A stretch of 64,000 nt of DNA from contig OZ024740.1 in assembly GCA_964016885.1 (NCBI GenBank), positions 48,794,001 to 48,858,000 on the forward strand, given 5' to 3'. A program made the position numbers and the translations under genes. This document shows, one piece after another, positions 61,873-64,000 of the stretch (positions are counted from its first letter, which is position 1; each line of letters begins with the position of its first letter). The notes under the pieces were generated by a model. It did no database searches. It saw nothing but the letters and a program-made list of their open reading frames with translations, and was not told the DNA's origin. This stretch comes from Eledone cirrhosa (taxonomy: Eukaryota).

Positions 61873-62285
61873 GAAATTTTGCCTACAGGTGAAATTTTGC
61901 CTACAGGTGAAATTTTGCCTACAGGTGGAATTTTGCTTACAGATGAAATTTTGCCTACAGATGAAATTTTGCCTACAGGTGAAATTTTGCCTACAGGTGA
62001 AATTCTGCTTACAGGTAGAATTTTGCCTACAGGTGAAATTCTGCTTACAGGTAGAATTTTGCCTACAGGTGGAATTTTACCTACAGATGAAATTTTGCCT
62101 ACAGATGAAATTTTGCTTACAGAGGAAATTTTGCTTACAGAGGAAATTTTGCCTTCAGGTGAAATTTTGCCTACAGGTGAAATTTTGCCTAGAGATGAAA
62201 TTTTGCCTAGAGATGAAATTTTGCTTACAGTGTAAATTTTGCCTACAGTGGAAATTTTGCCTACAGTGGAAATTTTGTCTGCAGT
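61873..62285 (+). repeat. 18-bp minisatellite, about 23 units (GAAATTTTGCCTACAGGT)
   Basis: Directly visible; it explains the repetitive ORFs at 61845-62311. Confidence 0.95.
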
Positions 62286-62434
62286 TAAAATATTCTCCAT
62301 ACTTTGATTAAATTAACGTCTGTTCATTGTTGTTATGTATAAAAGGAAACAGAAATTAAGAAGTAATGTATGAGGTTTATTTATAAGTATCCTTATCTTG
62401 TTTATCCTGAAATACTTTTTGATTTTACTTCTAG

Positions 62435-62545
62435 GTGGCTTAATCCATTACTTTCTCTTGGATACAAAAAGACACTAGAGCAAGAAGACTTATTTAATGT
62501 TCTCAATGATGATAGTTCAGATATTTTAAGAGAAAGACTTACACG
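62435..62545 (+). CDS. ABCC4: ABCC4/MRP4-like ABC transporter, second coding exon (gene continues right of the window)
   Basis: ttctAG acceptor and GTGAGT donor; 111 bp; WLNPLLSLGYKKTLEQEDLFNVLNDDSSDILRERLT(R), the classic ABCC lasso motif, in phase with 47129-47202. Confidence 0.9.
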
Positions 62546-62973
62546 GTGAGTAATATGTTTTTGTTTTTACTAAATAGGCTACAGCATGGATGATGTAGAC
62601 ATATTTGTCTACAGTTAGTATGGCCATGACACTCTAACCTTCATAAGTTCAAGTAGCCTAATACAACCAGAGCTGTAGACAATATAAATTTCTCTCCATC
62701 CATTCTCTTACATAACCAGAACAACTATTTGATCCATGGTTGATTTCTAACACTGGCACAAGGCTTCAAATTTAGGAGATGGATATAGTTGATTAGAATG
62801 GCTCCTGTTATCAACTTGTATTCATTTTAATTTTTTTAACTCTGCTGGAAGGATGTAAAGCATAGTCGATCATGGTGAGATTTGAACTCAGAGTGCAGAG
62901 ATACACAACTAAATGGACGTAAAAATGATGCTTGTAATGATGTAGATTGGGATGTATAATATTTACATTTGGG

Positions 62974-63169
62974 CAGGGCCAGATTGAGCCCTTTTGAGAC
63001 CCTAAGCACTTAAAATATTATGATGTGCCCCCTCCCCTCCTTTATAAACTTTGCCCCCCCCCCCCCCCCCAATTTTTTTTTTAATAACAAATACATTTAA
63101 TTTGAATAAAATGGTATCTCTCTTCCCTTTATACTCTGCTTATTTTGTTTAATGGTTAATCCAGCCCAG
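62974..63169. mobile_element. hAT-type MITE
   Basis: TIRs CAGGGCCAGATTGA and TTAATCCAGCCCAG; perfect 8-bp TSD CATTTGGG at 62966-62973 and 63170-63177. Confidence 0.85.
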
Positions 63170-63552
63170 CATTTGGGTCTCACCTGACCATTACGTTTAT
63201 ATCAAGTCACCATATAGTGTTCTCTCCCTCTCTTTGATACTCTCTAATCTATCACCCATTCCCACTCAGTGTGCCTTCTCATTATCACTCTCTGGTTTTG
63301 ATTATGTCAAGAGTCGCCAACACATTTGATCTGTTTACATTTAGTTTCCATCTTCTCATCACTTTTTATTCCTCCCATTACTCCCAACTATATATAAATA
63401 AATATAACTACATTCTTTCTAAACAAAAACAGAAATGAAGAGTTATGTAACTGTATTATATAACTGAATAAAGAAGTCACATTGTCTAAAGTACATATGT
63501 ATTTTATATGCTCCTATTTTATTGGTAAGATCTGAAAGGCAGGAAGTTATTT

Positions 63553-63694
63553 CTTTAAATTTTCAGAGTGATTTCTAATTTAGGTACAAGGCCAGCAATT
63601 TTGGAGAAGTGGAAAGTTAATTATACTTAACTTTCCACTTCTCCAAAATTGCTGGCCTTGTACCTAAATTAGAAATCACTCTGAAAATTTAAAG
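63553..63694. repeat. Perfect 68-bp inverted repeat with 6-nt spacer
   Basis: 63553-63620 is the exact reverse complement of 63627-63694. Confidence 0.95.
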
Positions 63695-64000
63695 CCGAAA
63701 AGAAGTAGTCACGGTTCTAGGACAGCATTCTTCACCATATGAGATGTCATCTGGTGTACCACAGGGATCTGTTCTTGGTCCCCTTTTGTTTGTTGCATAT
63801 ATTAATGACATAGATGCCAACTTACAGAATGCCACAGTACTGAAATATGCAGATGACATCACGCTGTACCTTGAAATCAAAAGGACTGATCCTGAAATCT
63901 ACAACTCTTTCCTACAATCAGACCTGGACACAATGCAGCAATGGATCACAGACTGGCAACTGAAGCTGGCTGTGGACAAGTGTACCACCATGCATTTTGG
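63695..64000 (+). mobile_element. 5'-truncated CR1 LINE (continues beyond the window)
   Basis: SGVPQGSVLGPLLFVAYIND, YADD and DKCTTMHF motifs. Confidence 0.92.

Noticed and set aside
61845-62311. Repetitive ORFs (GEILPT)n, (VKFCLQ)n and (GKISPV)n as real proteins, or the array as CRISPR
   Set aside because: They are by-products of an 18-bp intronic minisatellite. There are no unique spacers or cas genes, and the context is eukaryotic.

Overview
This is AT-rich, repeat-dense eukaryotic (metazoan) DNA. The SINE/LINE repertoire suggests a coleoid cephalopod such as an octopod, which is an inference. Three spliced genes can be reconstructed by eye: the first three coding exons of a PECR-like peroxisomal trans-2-enoyl-CoA reductase (minus strand, running off the left edge), a complete 7-exon, 370-aa C6orf89/BRAP-family gene (plus, 21976-37237), and the first two coding exons of an ABCC4/MRP4-like transporter (plus, with a 15.2-kb first intron, running off the right edge). 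The rest is transposon debris: RTE, CR1, R4/Dong, CRE-like and Penelope fragments, several tRNA-SINE families, Helitron, piggyBac and hAT MITEs, and a non-coding LTR element with a tRNA-Trp primer site. The most notable observations are (i) at least six minimal type I hammerhead ribozyme motifs, four of them within 40.2-42.3 kb and two forming a palindromic pair, (ii) a pseudo-tRNA packaged inside a split inverted-repeat element, and (iii) a candidate poison exon plus an 18-bp array of splice-acceptor-like units in ABCC4 intron 1. All calls are from manual reading; no database searches or folding programs were run, and repeat boundaries are approximate unless a TSD or terminus is quoted.
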